DNA of 61,849 nt, from NCBI GenBank assembly GCA_964200075.2, contig CAXNAA020000002.1, forward strand, positions 1 to 61,849, given 5' to 3'. Under the pieces are notes generated by a model, which was not told the origin of the DNA, did no database searches, and saw only the letters and a list, made by a program, of their open reading frames with translations. Shown piece by piece: positions 1 through 10,544 of this stretch. Source of the stretch: Sphacelaria rigidula (lineage: Eukaryota). Numbering within the stretch: position 1 is the first letter of the stretch; each line of letters opens with the position of its first letter. Made by a program: the position numbers and the translations under genes.

Positions 1-34
1 ATATACTCAACCGTGACGGCGTGATTTCGCCACA

Positions 35-495
35 GGCCGCTCCTTAAAGCACACAAACAAAAGTGCTCTAACAACGCTTTTTTGGCTCTTCTTCGTCCTT
101 TTATGCCCTAAAAAAGAGCTAGGCGGAGTTCGACGCCTTGGAATGACTTGCTCTACTCGTTTAGGTGGTTGCAAGACATCATCGTGTTTTCCGATTGCCA
201 CAGTTTTTATTTTGGCCGAACAAGAATTTTTGTCCAGAGACGGTCAAGCCGAGAGAAAACTGGCAGATTTTTCTGGATTTCACCGTTCTTGACCGTTCGT
301 GGACAAAAAGTCAAGTTTGGCCAAAATAAAAACTGCGGCCACCGGACAACGCGAAGATTTCTGAGGACCGTCTCAACGAGTGGAGCAAGTCATTCCAAGG
401 TTTCAAACTCCGCCTTGCTCTCTTTTAGGGCGTGTAACGACGAAGATTCTCTTTTTTTCACAGAGCTTGATATTTGTTTGCTATAAGGAGCGGCC
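35..495. mobile_element. Non-autonomous DNA transposon (MITE/foldback) with long imperfect terminal inverted repeats
   Basis: GGCCGCTCCTTAaAGCA at 35 pairs with TGCTaTAAGGAGCGGCC ending at 495. Inverted similarity continues inward (e.g. CCTTGGAATGACTTGCTCtACTCGTT ~136-161 vs AACGAGTgGAGCAAGTCATTCCAAGG ~375-400), ~130 bp per arm. No coding capacity; TSD imperfect (aca/tca). Confidence 0.85.
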
Positions 496-2014
496 TCAGT
501 CATGACTGGTGAGATATGTGCCCGTCAGTTTGCAAAGGTGACACAAGTAGACCAAAATGATCACAATCACAAGAATGGTAAATTCAGAGGACTAAATGAT
601 CGTCTACGCAAGAGAAGCTCATGAAAGTCCATATCATGAATACGCGAACCCAGTTCTTCTTCGTATCCTGCACAATCCGGATCCTCTCAGGGCCGTTGCC
701 TTGTTGGAAGTAAGATATCTGATCCATGGATAGCGGCCAAGAATCCTGGTTTTTTTGGGCCAGAATTATAACACAACAGCTCAAACTGGTACAGAACAAC
801 GGCAGTACCTTTTTACGAGGTACGGAGGTACTTCGTGACAGACCCAATTATTTTTTTGGCGGGTTGGGATTCTTACACATTGAAAACCGCCCGGTACATT
901 CGCGCGTTGTAAATGCAAGAATGAAATGTCTTGTGTGTCATTCACAGTCTGGCCACACGTTGGTCGATGGATACTTGAATGGTGGCATGAACGCCGCACG
1001 CCACCTCAACCATTCAGGGGTTCGACTGGTGCACACTTGGAAGCCAGGCCACGGAAACATCCCTCATGAGCGTGTTCATCGGGGCAATCGTATTTTTCCA
1101 GCTGACTTATGAACAAGCGATTCTTGATCAGCTTTTGGGGAAGCTGATGAGTCAGTCCCAACTTTGGGTTGCCAAGGAGCATGCACATGTAGAGGGCAGG
1201 ACTTAATCACCCCCTGTGGTTTTTTTGTTGAATTGCCTTTGCGGGAGTAAGTAAGTACACTGTATCGAAAGACATAGCACGAGTCCGAAATTTACTGCAC
1301 AAGCCAGAATCCAGCCGTAGAATGAAAATACAAACAGTAGGGCTCTGAATACAACACTGGAGGTCGCCAAACAAGGCATGCAGAGCAGGCTACAGTTGGC
1401 GATTGTGCACTGCATCATCGAACACCAGGATTGCACTGGTAACCTTGGCAATGTTGACTTTGTTCTGCTATCGTATCACGCAAGTTGCTGGGTATTATTG
1501 GTGGAGACATACTATACTCTATGATATCCCGATCCACACTCTGGTGTTCACAGGTATTTTACTAAGTAGCACTTGAACACCGTTAGCGATAATCGAGGCA
1601 TACAACTGATATGAACTTACAACGGGAACCAATCCCGTAGCGGAATTTATTGATCGATTGTAAAGACATCTGTAACTCAAGACCAGACAATTACATGTAG
1701 ATTTCACCAGCTGTACTTTTTCATGTCTTAACCTTAGCTGTTCGTTTTATCGGAGAGAAGGATCCCACTCTCTCTCCCACTCAGTAAAAGCCAAAGACCT
1801 CATATACCATGGAGATGAAACACTCACGGCGTCCATCGATCGGACGCGCAGACCAGCGACCCGTCGACCTACGGTAAACGCCTGGTACGTATTGTTCCGC
1901 CTAAAATTTTGCCCCCAACCCAGGTAGGAATGGTGCTAGAGTTGCGACGTTTAATTAAAACGACAATGGGCTCGGTGGATTGCTATTCAATATAATCAAA
2001 TACATTTTACAACG

Positions 2015-2686
2015 ATGGCAACGTCCACAATATATAGGTGCGCATCGATCGACATCGGCGTCATCAACCTTGCGTTTTGCGTGGTGGAGTTCACCGAAAC
2101 ATGTGACGGAGCGTTCACGTTTAATCTTGTCCACATGGAACGCGCGACGATCGGTGACGCGAAAGAGACCATTCACGTCCTGGGGAAAAAACTCTTGACA
2201 TTTTACGGCACCAATGATGCGTTGCAACACAAGAAGCTGGACTACGTGTTCATCGAGCAACAGCTCTCTCGTGCAGTAAAAAATATCGTGCTCGCTTACG
2301 TCACCATGGCGTATTTCGAAACAAAGTGTCTTGGTGAAGACAATACGACAATCGTCTTCGCCTCGCCTAAATCCAAGTTCAGGGCTGTGAGATACGCGTT
2401 TCACGAAGATGTGCTCGACTCCATCAACTTCAACTGCCATGGGCGTGAGCTGAAAAAATTGTCGGTGAAAATTGCCCAGGTAGTATTCAAGAGATTCGGC
2501 GTACAAGTCGGATTGGACAGTCTCATCCGATACAAGAGCAAACTTGACGACGTCTCAGACGTTTTCCTCCAAAGCTTTGTTTTTTTCCTGGAAAAGTTTC
2601 CGTCAAAGTCACGCGGTCACCAAGGTAGACTTTCCTTGTTTGTTGGAATTGAAGAGAACGAATGGACAGCGCGAAGACGCCGATGA
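2015..2686 (+). CDS. Holliday junction resolvase, poxvirus A22/RuvC-like
   Basis: SIDIGVINLA, VFIEQQ and KLDDVSDVFLQ RuvC-fold catalytic motifs; intact 223 aa. Confidence 0.88.
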   Translation: MATSTIYRCASIDIGVINLAFCVVEFTETCDGAFTFNLVHMERATIGDAKETIHVLGKKLLTFYGTNDALQHKKLDYVFIEQQLSRAVKNIVLAYVTMAYFETKCLGEDNTTIVFASPKSKFRAVRYAFHEDVLDSINFNCHGRELKKLSVKIAQVVFKRFGVQVGLDSLIRYKSKLDDVSDVFLQSFVFFLEKFPSKSRGHQGRLSLFVGIEENEWTARRRR

Positions 2687-2972
2687 AAAGACATAAGAGG
2701 TGACAGTCGTGACGATCGATTGTGATATGAATTTCGTAGTTACCATTCTTCTCTCCCCGGGTTGATCTTGTGTGAAGGACAGGGGTAGTGGACGTCGTGG
2801 AAACATGTCCGTCCGTGGCCACGACGGCACCAAGAGAGGACTGTGGCTTCATCAGTTGTTTCGTGATCGTTCTCAGCAATTCTTGTGCGAAGATGGGGCC
2901 GTATGCGTCGCTGAGCAGAGCCGGCATTGTGTCATATAATACAGAACAGATATTATTATCATCGCTGGACAA
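2523..2972 (-). CDS. Hypothetical viral protein (3' end uncertain, overlaps resolvase)
   Basis: ATG after AT-rich spacer; no motif. Confidence 0.4.
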   Translation of the reverse strand: MSSDDNNICSVLYDTMPALLSDAYGPIFAQELLRTITKQLMKPQSSLGAVVATDGHVSTTSTTPVLHTRSTRGEKNGNYEIHITIDRHDCHLLCLFIGVFALSIRSLQFQQTRKVYLGDRVTLTETFPGKKQSFGGKRLRRRQVCSCIG

Positions 2973-3096
2973 CTATTTTTATGACCATTTTTTCCCACCC
3001 AAAATGTTCTGAAAAGTTTTGTTGGTATCCGCACCACCTTCCTCATTCTTGCAGCGCCACCCCGCTCGCCCACGACGGCAACAAGGCTCGCGCAAC

Positions 3097-4046
3097 ATGT
3101 CTTCGGCTCCTTTCATCCCAGAGTCGGTGCTGGCGTTTTTTGCGGGTTCAGGTGGCATCAACGTCCTCGCATCTCCCTTGTTTCTTAAAAAGCACACGGG
3201 ACAGTCCCGAGTTTTCCTTCCCATCCATGACATTTACCACGCGGGTAAAGACAATGACGGGAACGCTGTGTACACTGTGTACAGAATCTTGGCTAAAGAG
3301 TACAAGCACAACACGATCCAGGGAATGCTGTGTGTCTCGCTGGTTTCCGGGTACGGGGTCAAGGACGACGGTGCTCGTGGCAGCAGCAATTCGACGTTCA
3401 TGCGACCAAACGACTTGAAGAAGTTGATGACGGAAGGAACAACAGCGATCAAGCGCAACTCGGTGGTGGCATTCAAGACGGGGATGGTGTGTCAGGCTGG
3501 AGGATATTGAAATTTTCTGCGATCTTCCCATAATCAACAGGAGAGACCTCATCGACAATCAGAGCGTTGGTGGTGTGATCAAACGCGACATGTACAAGAG
3601 AGACAGGGGCGAGCCAAACTGGGCGCCTGTCAAGCAGGGGGCACTCATCAAAGACATGGAGGCTTCTGTTCACCAACTACTCCTCCCGTACTACAGGAGG
3701 TACAGGGACAACAAGGACGACGCCACCCACTTCTTCAAGGCGTTCATGGAGGACATGATACGGACGTGCACTGCGCCACCACAAAAACTTCACGGATGGT
3801 GGTGACTTCGGTGATTTATTGGGTGATATTGTCGAGAGAAACCGTAAGAGGTCGTTTCCTTCTTTGCAGACGGAGACGCGCCCACGGAAGAAATGGGGGG
3901 GCAAGTCGGAAGTCACTGCAAGCAGCACAGCGATGCCGGTTTCTCCAGGCTCATCCAATCGGGACCAGCGTCAAACGAACAGGGATGTTGTCAAGGAAGC
4001 TTTGAAGAACGTCTCGAGAGAGAAAATGGCGGCGATTATTTTTTAA
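3097..4046 (+). pseudogene. Hypothetical viral protein broken by two frameshifts
   Basis: ORFs 3097-3510, 3575-3805 and 3819-4046 join across a G-run (~3481) and an A-run (~3785). Confidence 0.55.
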
Positions 4047-4093
4047 ATCGTAAAGTTTTCTTTTACCTTTTTTCCAAGAATGTATGATAAATA

Positions 4094-4531
4094 ATGTTTA
4101 TCAAGTTCATCAACATGTCGAGGTTTTCTGACTTCAGTCTGTACAACAGAACGGACGAGCAACTGAGGCCCGCCGAGAAAAGGCTCAGCTGTCAGTTCCA
4201 CTCAACGGTAAATATCCAACTTGTTTACAAACGAGCCCAGTCGGAGATAGATTCGCACATCCTGTACTCCGACGTGACGACTACAATGGATGCGGTTTTC
4301 AGACTCGCGATCAGGACTGAAAATCTACCCGGGGTCGTGGAGATGAACACTGATGTACTCCACAGGCTTTCCGATGCAACAGAAAGGACGAACACAAGTC
4401 AGCATCGGTTCGTCGAGAGGGTTTTCAAAAACAGCAACGTTCCGGCTCAATTTCTTTCAAGGCCGTCGTTTAGTTCTCACAACGACGATAAAGATGGTGG
4501 TGATCATCCTATCGAGCTTTTAAGGCGATAA
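4094..4531 (+). CDS. Hypothetical viral protein
   Basis: 145-aa ORF between AT-rich spacers. Confidence 0.55.
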   Translation: MFIKFINMSRFSDFSLYNRTDEQLRPAEKRLSCQFHSTVNIQLVYKRAQSEIDSHILYSDVTTTMDAVFRLAIRTENLPGVVEMNTDVLHRLSDATERTNTSQHRFVERVFKNSNVPAQFLSRPSFSSHNDDKDGGDHPIELLRR

Positions 4532-4586
4532 AATATAATGCAATCACAATATTGTCACGGAAGCAACGATTCGTGACGACAACTTA

Positions 4587-5864
4587 TTATGCTTCGGGTG
4601 GCAGAGTCATTGACGGTGTCGTCTGGTCGTTGCCGAAAATTGAAGTGGGGATGGCTGACGTCCCGGGACCTCGCATGGTTTTCCTCCTAAGTTTGTCGGG
4701 CTCTGGTGTGCGTGAATCAGGAGCAGGAGGATCCTTTGTAGGAGGCGTCGAACGAGGAATAGGGTAGTTTTTGGAACTCGCAGAGTTGGCACTGTTCAGC
4801 ATCCCCATCATGTTCATGACGGACGACATCGGACTGGGGCTTGGCTTTCTCTTTTCGGTAGAATCATGGCCTCGACTCCTTCCAATGGCATTACCGGCGT
4901 GGTGGAAAATGGCGGCTGACGTGAACGTGAACATGATTTGCATCTCTGGTCCGACGGAAGATCGTCCCGAGTACTTGTGGTGTATCTGTTCATAGCAGTC
5001 GTCATAGTCGTCCAAATTGAGCATCATACTCTCGGAGAAGCCTTCCAGCCGTAGGTTGAACGGGTTGAAGTAGGCGTTCCCGGTTTCGACCAAAGTTGTG
5101 ATGGTCACCAGAACGCGCCTCATAATCTTGATGGACTTTTTGGAATTGCTTTCCCTCTGCATGCGGTAACACTCGTACCTTATCTCGTCGACGTCGTCTT
5201 TGATATTCCACTCCTTTGTCACCGTGAAACCATTCTTTGACAAGTTTGTTATGCGCGTGAGCATCTCGACCTTCTCGTGAAGCAGTTCTTCTTTCCGTTT
5301 TTTCTTTTTACGGGCTATTTTGCCGGAACTGCCGGCGGAAGAACGGCTTCCGGAGAGCGCGGACGAAACCGTGTCGCTCCGCGTCGAAGATCGAGACGAC
5401 ACAGATGAAATCGACGAACGGTTCGAAGAAGAGGTTGACACCGATGGCATGGACGACGACGACGACGACGACGATGCGTATCCTTTTTTCGCCGTGACCT
5501 TTTTTCCGTCTTTCACGGTGTTCTTCTTTGTCTTGCTCCGCCCTACCGAATCCATTTGATCGACGGGGCACGTCTTCAGCAAATTAACCAGTGTTCCAAA
5601 GAGCTGGGAATTCGTATCGGGCTTGACGACGGGAGTTGGTTGTGCAATTGCCGGAGAGGGTGGCGGCGGCGTCGTCGATACACCTGGTTTCTTCTTCGTC
5701 GCGACCGATGGTTTTTTCTTTTGGATGGCTTTGACATTGTTTTTTTTGGTCGCTTTCCCCATCTTACCCACAAAATCGATCGGTGGACGAGGAAAACTTG
5801 GCGTCATGTTGGACTGACCAGCTTTATTCATATCCTGGCCTATGATGGTCTTCATGGACTTCAT
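4587..5864 (-). CDS. Conserved NCLDV protein (DUF5767-like) with Ser/Lys-rich N-terminus
   Basis: Block EIRYECYR...NPFNLRLEGFSESM...DYDDCYEQIHHKY...GPEMQIMF..AAIFHH typical of this family. Confidence 0.7.
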   Translation of the reverse strand: MKSMKTIIGQDMNKAGQSNMTPSFPRPPIDFVGKMGKATKKNNVKAIQKKKPSVATKKKPGVSTTPPPPSPAIAQPTPVVKPDTNSQLFGTLVNLLKTCPVDQMDSVGRSKTKKNTVKDGKKVTAKKGYASSSSSSSSMPSVSTSSSNRSSISSVSSRSSTRSDTVSSALSGSRSSAGSSGKIARKKKKRKEELLHEKVEMLTRITNLSKNGFTVTKEWNIKDDVDEIRYECYRMQRESNSKKSIKIMRRVLVTITTLVETGNAYFNPFNLRLEGFSESMMLNLDDYDDCYEQIHHKYSGRSSVGPEMQIMFTFTSAAIFHHAGNAIGRSRGHDSTEKRKPSPSPMSSVMNMMGMLNSANSASSKNYPIPRSTPPTKDPPAPDSRTPEPDKLRRKTMRGPGTSAIPTSIFGNDQTTPSMTLPPEA

Positions 5865-5974
5865 GGCATTCAGTATGCCTTTGTCGTTTGGCGGGGTCGG
5901 CGTGGGTTGAAACGTCAGATAACTAAATGATTAATTTTATTTTTGGCAATCTCGACGCAGTCAAAACAAATGCA

Positions 5975-6289
5975 TCATAGATTCAGACTTTCCTTCATCT
6001 TCTTTAGCCCCCCAAGTGCGCCGACCACGACTAAGTTGTTTTCACGAAGGCTCTGGATGTCCATCAATCTCTTCTTGATCTCGTCGTTGTTAGTAGACTG
6101 TATCTTTCGGAGACTTGCGATTTCACTGTCGATCACCTCCTGAGTGTAAGTCATTGACCCTTTCTTTGGGGTTTGTTGCTCAAATTGTTGGCGGACATCC
6201 TTGCTGTGTTCCCCGCCCGTGGTGTTCGACATAAACATTTCCGACATCGGAATCAAAGGATTTTGCTTTGAGGCGCCGCTGTCGGTCAT
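5975..6289 (-). CDS. Hypothetical coiled-coil viral protein
   Basis: 104-aa ORF, heptad-like C-terminus. Confidence 0.55.
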   Translation of the reverse strand: MTDSGASKQNPLIPMSEMFMSNTTGGEHSKDVRQQFEQQTPKKGSMTYTQEVIDSEIASLRKIQSTNNDEIKKRLMDIQSLRENNLVVVGALGGLKKMKESLNL

Positions 6290-6405
6290 TGTCGCGTTTA
6301 ATGTTGATATACTATAGTTTATACAAATTTAATATCTTTGTTTGAACGCGCCGGAAACTTATCTAATTACTTTGTATCGGCCGTGGTCCTGCTTCAGTGT
6401 TATTC

Positions 6406-7371
6406 ATGATGGAAAACGGCGACGCTGGTATCATCAGCAAGCCCCCGGAGACGGACGGGTTTCACCATTTGACGAAGAGGATCAAAACCAATATGAAGAA
6501 CACGACACAAGATCCCAAATTTCTCGAGAAAATGAACGCGTCCTTCCCGAACGTGACGTGTACGATAGACAACTTTGTTGGTACTTCTGGAAAGCATGCC
6601 GGTAGCAACGCCGGCGACAACGGGTGGCAACATGGCATGGAGATGGACGCCAGAGGCCAGGATGCGGACGATTGTCCGGACTTCAGGGACGACACCGCCA
6701 ATTGTCTTTCGAAAGAATGGCTTTGTGAAGCTTGTAACAAAGAGTTGGTCTATATACGCAAAGATGCAGAAAGGGTCTGCCCGGACTGCGGTCTGTCACA
6801 CCCGTACCAGGAGATGACCAAGGAGGACTGTATCCGACAGGGATACGTGAGCCACACCACACACATGTACAAGAGACAGAATCACTTCAAGACCTGGCTC
6901 AAGCGCACTCAGGGGAAAGACACTACGACGGTGGACACGGAGGTGGTCGATAGCGTGCGCCTCGAACTAAAGAAGCAACGCGTGGATGACGTGACGACAG
7001 TCACCCACACCAAAGTCAGAGAGATTCTGAAGAAACTGCGCCTGAACAAGCACTACAATAACTGTGTTCAAATCACGTCGATCATCACGGGCATCATGCC
7101 TCCACAGATGACGAACGAACAGGAGACGGCTCTTCTACAAATGTTCGACGTAATACAGGAACCTTTTCAGGAAATCATACGGAGCGAGCCCCGACAGAAC
7201 ATGCTGTCGTACTCGTTTCTTATTCACAAATTCCTGGAGATTATGTCTTGGGACGAATATCTTCCGTACTTCCCCTTGCTTCGCTCCGTCGACAAGATAC
7301 AGTATCAGGACTGGATCTGGCGGAAACTCTGTGCCAAAGTCGGGTTCCAGTACATCAAATCGACGCTGTGA
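6406..7371 (+). CDS. VLTF3: Viral late transcription factor 3-like (poxvirus A2 family)
   Basis: CxxC..CxxCG zinc ribbon, YKRQNHFKTWL..QGK, LKKLRLNKHY, NMLSYSFLIHK, YFPLLRS..K..QD.IW.K.C. Confidence 0.93.
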   Translation: MMENGDAGIISKPPETDGFHHLTKRIKTNMKNTTQDPKFLEKMNASFPNVTCTIDNFVGTSGKHAGSNAGDNGWQHGMEMDARGQDADDCPDFRDDTANCLSKEWLCEACNKELVYIRKDAERVCPDCGLSHPYQEMTKEDCIRQGYVSHTTHMYKRQNHFKTWLKRTQGKDTTTVDTEVVDSVRLELKKQRVDDVTTVTHTKVREILKKLRLNKHYNNCVQITSIITGIMPPQMTNEQETALLQMFDVIQEPFQEIIRSEPRQNMLSYSFLIHKFLEIMSWDEYLPYFPLLRSVDKIQYQDWIWRKLCAKVGFQYIKSTL

Positions 7372-7374
7372 TCA

Positions 7375-7850
7375 TCAATGTATGTCTTCCTGTGCGGGCA
7401 AGGGGTCCGTTGGCGGCGGCGCCAGTGGTGTCTTTGGCGGTATATCTGGCGTTGTCGCCGGAAGCGTTGTCGTGGCTGCCAACGATGGCCATGAGTTCGG
7501 GCCTCCGTTGCTGTCTCTCATGATGGATTCCTTGATAACCGGATAGACACGTCTCTGCATGTGATCGGCGAAATGTCGTCCGCTACGGAAATATGTTTTT
7601 TTCGATTCCTCGGTGGCTGCCATTCGACACCTCTCTTCGTAGTCGGTGAAGTTGTGTAGCCAATGCATCGTTGCACACTCTCTAGCAACCGTGGCGGCGG
7701 TCCACTCTGGAGAAGTCTGTGCGTTGATAAAACATGAGCAGAGCCTGCTGTCGTATCTCAGCACCAGACTGAGTTTCGACAGCTCTTCTTCCAGTTGATT
7801 CTTTCTTCCATTTCTAGTGTTGAATGTCTTGCATCTCGCGAATGCTTTGT
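7375..7850 (-). CDS. Conserved hypothetical viral protein (start uncertain)
   Basis: RKNQLEEEL..L.LVLRYDSRLCSCFI motif seen in NCLDV proteins; upstream part of the called ORF is spacer-like. Confidence 0.45.
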
Positions 7851-7899
7851 ATTGAGTTGTTTTTGTATAGAATATAAATATTATAATATATAGAAGAGA

Positions 7900-8133
7900 A
7901 TGGACGAGTCGGCAAGAGACACGGACGCCCAGCAACAGGGAAAGAGAGTAATGACACCAGCCATCGAGAGTATGACCGTCAAGGAAGAGAGAGCATGTCT
8001 CTCTGAAATACGAAAGCTGGGCTCGGACGTCGATCATCGGTATTTATTGTCAAATGGTTGGACGACGGGCAAGTTTGCCCTCATGTACGTCACAGGGCAG
8101 CATGTGAAGCGAAAAACAAAAACAAAGAAATAA
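7900..8133 (+). CDS. Hypothetical small viral protein
   Basis: 77-aa ORF after AT-rich spacer. Confidence 0.5.
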   Translation: MDESARDTDAQQQGKRVMTPAIESMTVKEERACLSEIRKLGSDVDHRYLLSNGWTTGKFALMYVTGQHVKRKTKTKK

Positions 8134-8153
8134 GAAACACACAGACAACCGCT

Positions 8154-8825
8154 TCAAAGCTCGAGTGTAATATGACGCCGACCCCGAGCCTTCTGAAACA
8201 TGACGTCCATCATCTTCTCCAAGAAGGACGCCGTGGTATACATGATATCGGCGGATGCCTTTTCCATCGATGCCATTGACACAGAGACAGAGAACCGTCG
8301 TGGATCTCTTTCAGCTTGCTCCTTGGTCTCGCCTTGCCACACGACAGCCAGATGGAACTTCCAGGATGACCTCTGGGATTCGTCCTCAAAAACTTTCTCC
8401 GACTTGATCTCCACATTCTTGTACCTTGAATCGTGGTACGAGCTGCTGGTGTAGTCGAGCTCGTCCCTGCGAACTTTTTTTATGACAAACTGCACGTATT
8501 TACACGCCGATGACCCGTGCACCGTCTGTAACACGTGCTCTCTGAAAACGACTGTCCGCTGCCCCCTGTTGGTGTCCGACACGACGATGTCGTCCTGCGG
8601 ATGCTGTATCGTGTATTCGATACCAGTGTCCCACTGGCTGACTGACTTCCAGCTAGTGGAAGATTTCATGTGATTGTGGATGTTGATGAAGTTCTGGTTA
8701 TCGGTGAAGAATTATCCCCTGATCATGAAGGACGGGCGAAGGTCTTAGAAGAAAGACGACGCTTTGACGACACAATTTTCATCTTTCGCGTGCCTGTAGT
8801 AGTAACCTTCATCGTCGTCAGCCAT
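8154..8825 (-). pseudogene. Degenerate CYTH/RNA 5'-triphosphatase (Cet1-like) fold protein, frameshifted near N-terminus
   Basis: F..I...M....W.....W....EY and VEIKSEKVF...SWKFHLAVVWQGETKEQAE..P.RFSVSVS resemble the tunnel-triphosphatase pattern but lack the ExE motifs. Upstream MADDDEG.. frame joins via a shift near 8715. Confidence 0.45.
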
Positions 8826-8946
8826 ATGCAGACAAAAGAAACTGCAAACTTTGTCTAATAAATATGCTAGTCAAGACAAAATGAATTTTGTAGTGCTGTG
8901 TTCAACTGTTTCCAATCATCTTTAATTTACAGGTAATTATGACGCG

Positions 8947-9405
8947 ATGGGATTGCGATGTCAAGCTGTGGAGAGGCGTACCGTACCGTGTTCTTTGCCG
9001 ACATTCCACGGTTGGCCAGTTTCAAAGTTCGATATCGTGTTGTCGTCAACGGCGCACCTTCGTTACATTTGTTGCCCCGTGTGCTGTAAATGGATCCCTG
9101 AATCCTCGCTATATCACACGTGTCAAATTAAAGCAGACGATGTCGCCGAAACAGCAGCAGCACGCTCCGATGGTAAACCAGCCGACTTTGCTATCGGAGA
9201 AGAAGACATTGTTGAACAACCCAGACAACGCGCCTGTGTTGTAGCGACGGACGAGAATTTGGGGAATCATATGTGTAACCTGTGCCAACAGCGCATGCGT
9301 CTGGAATATATTGACAATGACGATGAAGACTGGGTGTTCATGGATCGCGTCGAGCACGAGGGGAGGATCGTTCACGAACTTTGTCGAGACGTCGTTTTTG
9401 GTTGA
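8947..9405 (+). CDS. Zinc-finger protein with Pcf11-type C-terminal C2HC zinc finger
   Basis: VVATDE...CNLCQQRMRLEYIDNDDEDWVFMDRVEHEGRIVHELC matches the Pcf11/PCFS4 pattern V.ADE..CxxC.E.F...y.....eW.......G.i.HxxC. Second CPVC..HTC knuckle upstream. Start may be 8939 with a frameshift. Confidence 0.65.
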   Translation: MGLRCQAVERRTVPCSLPTFHGWPVSKFDIVLSSTAHLRYICCPVCCKWIPESSLYHTCQIKADDVAETAAARSDGKPADFAIGEEDIVEQPRQRACVVATDENLGNHMCNLCQQRMRLEYIDNDDEDWVFMDRVEHEGRIVHELCRDVVFG

Positions 9406-9494
9406 CTCGTCTTCGTTTTACAAGTCGTTCATCAGATGAACCTTTATGATGAAAAAAATATTTTGTGGTATAAAAGAGTGGAGAGAAGAAGAAA

Positions 9495-10487
9495 ATGTCG
9501 TCGACGCAGCAAGGTACCACGGTGATTCTCGCCACTATGGCGGTGTGTCTTCTTGTCTATGTCATGAAACAAGAAATCCAGGGACCACGGTCGTACCCTC
9601 GTGTAGAGGGAGTCGTCGGCGCCGTGAACAGTGCACTGGGCATCTCGAGGGGCATCGATTGCTCAAAGATCAATCCTGGTCACTCGGACTGGGCTCGATG
9701 TGCAGAAGGAGCCTCCAAGGGAAGAGTGCCGACAAAAAACCCGACGTCCGTTCTCAGGAACACCGCGCTCGATTTCGCCAGCGACTCGGTCAACAACCAG
9801 GGCCTCGGCGTCGGACGTCTTCAAGACGAATTCGTCAATGACCAGTACTCGAACAGTCTTGGCGCTCCTCGACCCGGAGGAATGAGAATCGACAAGTCGA
9901 ATCTCAAGAACAATTTCGTCTTCTCCAGCGGCACGCAAAACGCCACGAGTCTTGTAACTTCCGGAATCAGTACCGATGGTGCTCAGGCGTTTCCCTTTGC
10001 GACAAAGAGCGGGCCTGAACGCGGTGAAGATTTTCGCTCAAAGAGGATGTCGGGCGATGTGACAGGCACAGAACCGGTCGGGATGGGAATGAAGTTTGCG
10101 GACTGTAAGCGCAAAGTTGGCGGGGTTACAACGAAGCACGGAGGAATCGGCGGGTTCGCATCTCGTGCACAGGTAGACAAAAAGCTAGGCGTAGCTCCCT
10201 TCGACGAACAGGGTGCAGAATTTAATCCCTTTGTGGGGAACACATCCACCGCCTTGGGGGTGGGGCTAAAGCTCAGCGAGGCGTACGACGTGCCTAACCT
10301 TGGCATGGGGTCCAATCTGCAACAAGCCTTTCGAGACCGAGGCCTCGGTGCGGCGATGTCGCCGATATCGTCTTCCGACGTCGGTGTGTCTCCGGTTGAA
10401 ATATCGGCAGCAACCGCGGCGCTCTCTGACGTGAACATTGTGCAGAGCAAACCCGGCGGGCACATGGACCGATTTATTTGCCCATAG
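9495..10487 (+). CDS. Hypothetical viral protein with N-terminal membrane anchor
   Basis: 330-aa intact ORF, hydrophobic residues 10-25, Gly-rich. Confidence 0.7.
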   Translation: MSSTQQGTTVILATMAVCLLVYVMKQEIQGPRSYPRVEGVVGAVNSALGISRGIDCSKINPGHSDWARCAEGASKGRVPTKNPTSVLRNTALDFASDSVNNQGLGVGRLQDEFVNDQYSNSLGAPRPGGMRIDKSNLKNNFVFSSGTQNATSLVTSGISTDGAQAFPFATKSGPERGEDFRSKRMSGDVTGTEPVGMGMKFADCKRKVGGVTTKHGGIGGFASRAQVDKKLGVAPFDEQGAEFNPFVGNTSTALGVGLKLSEAYDVPNLGMGSNLQQAFRDRGLGAAMSPISSSDVGVSPVEISAATAALSDVNIVQSKPGGHMDRFICP

Positions 10488-10544
10488 TTGTCCTTACACA
10501 ATAGCGTATGTGATTGCCACACATGTCTCACTTTTCAAGTTGAA

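Noticed and set aside
500-1900. Short ORFs in the left host flank
   Set aside because: No recognisable domains or consistent exon structure
1940-1965. Integrase attachment site at the left junction (CGTTTAATTAAAACG palindrome)
   Set aside because: No counterpart at the right junction, which cuts through a gene; edges look deletion-derived
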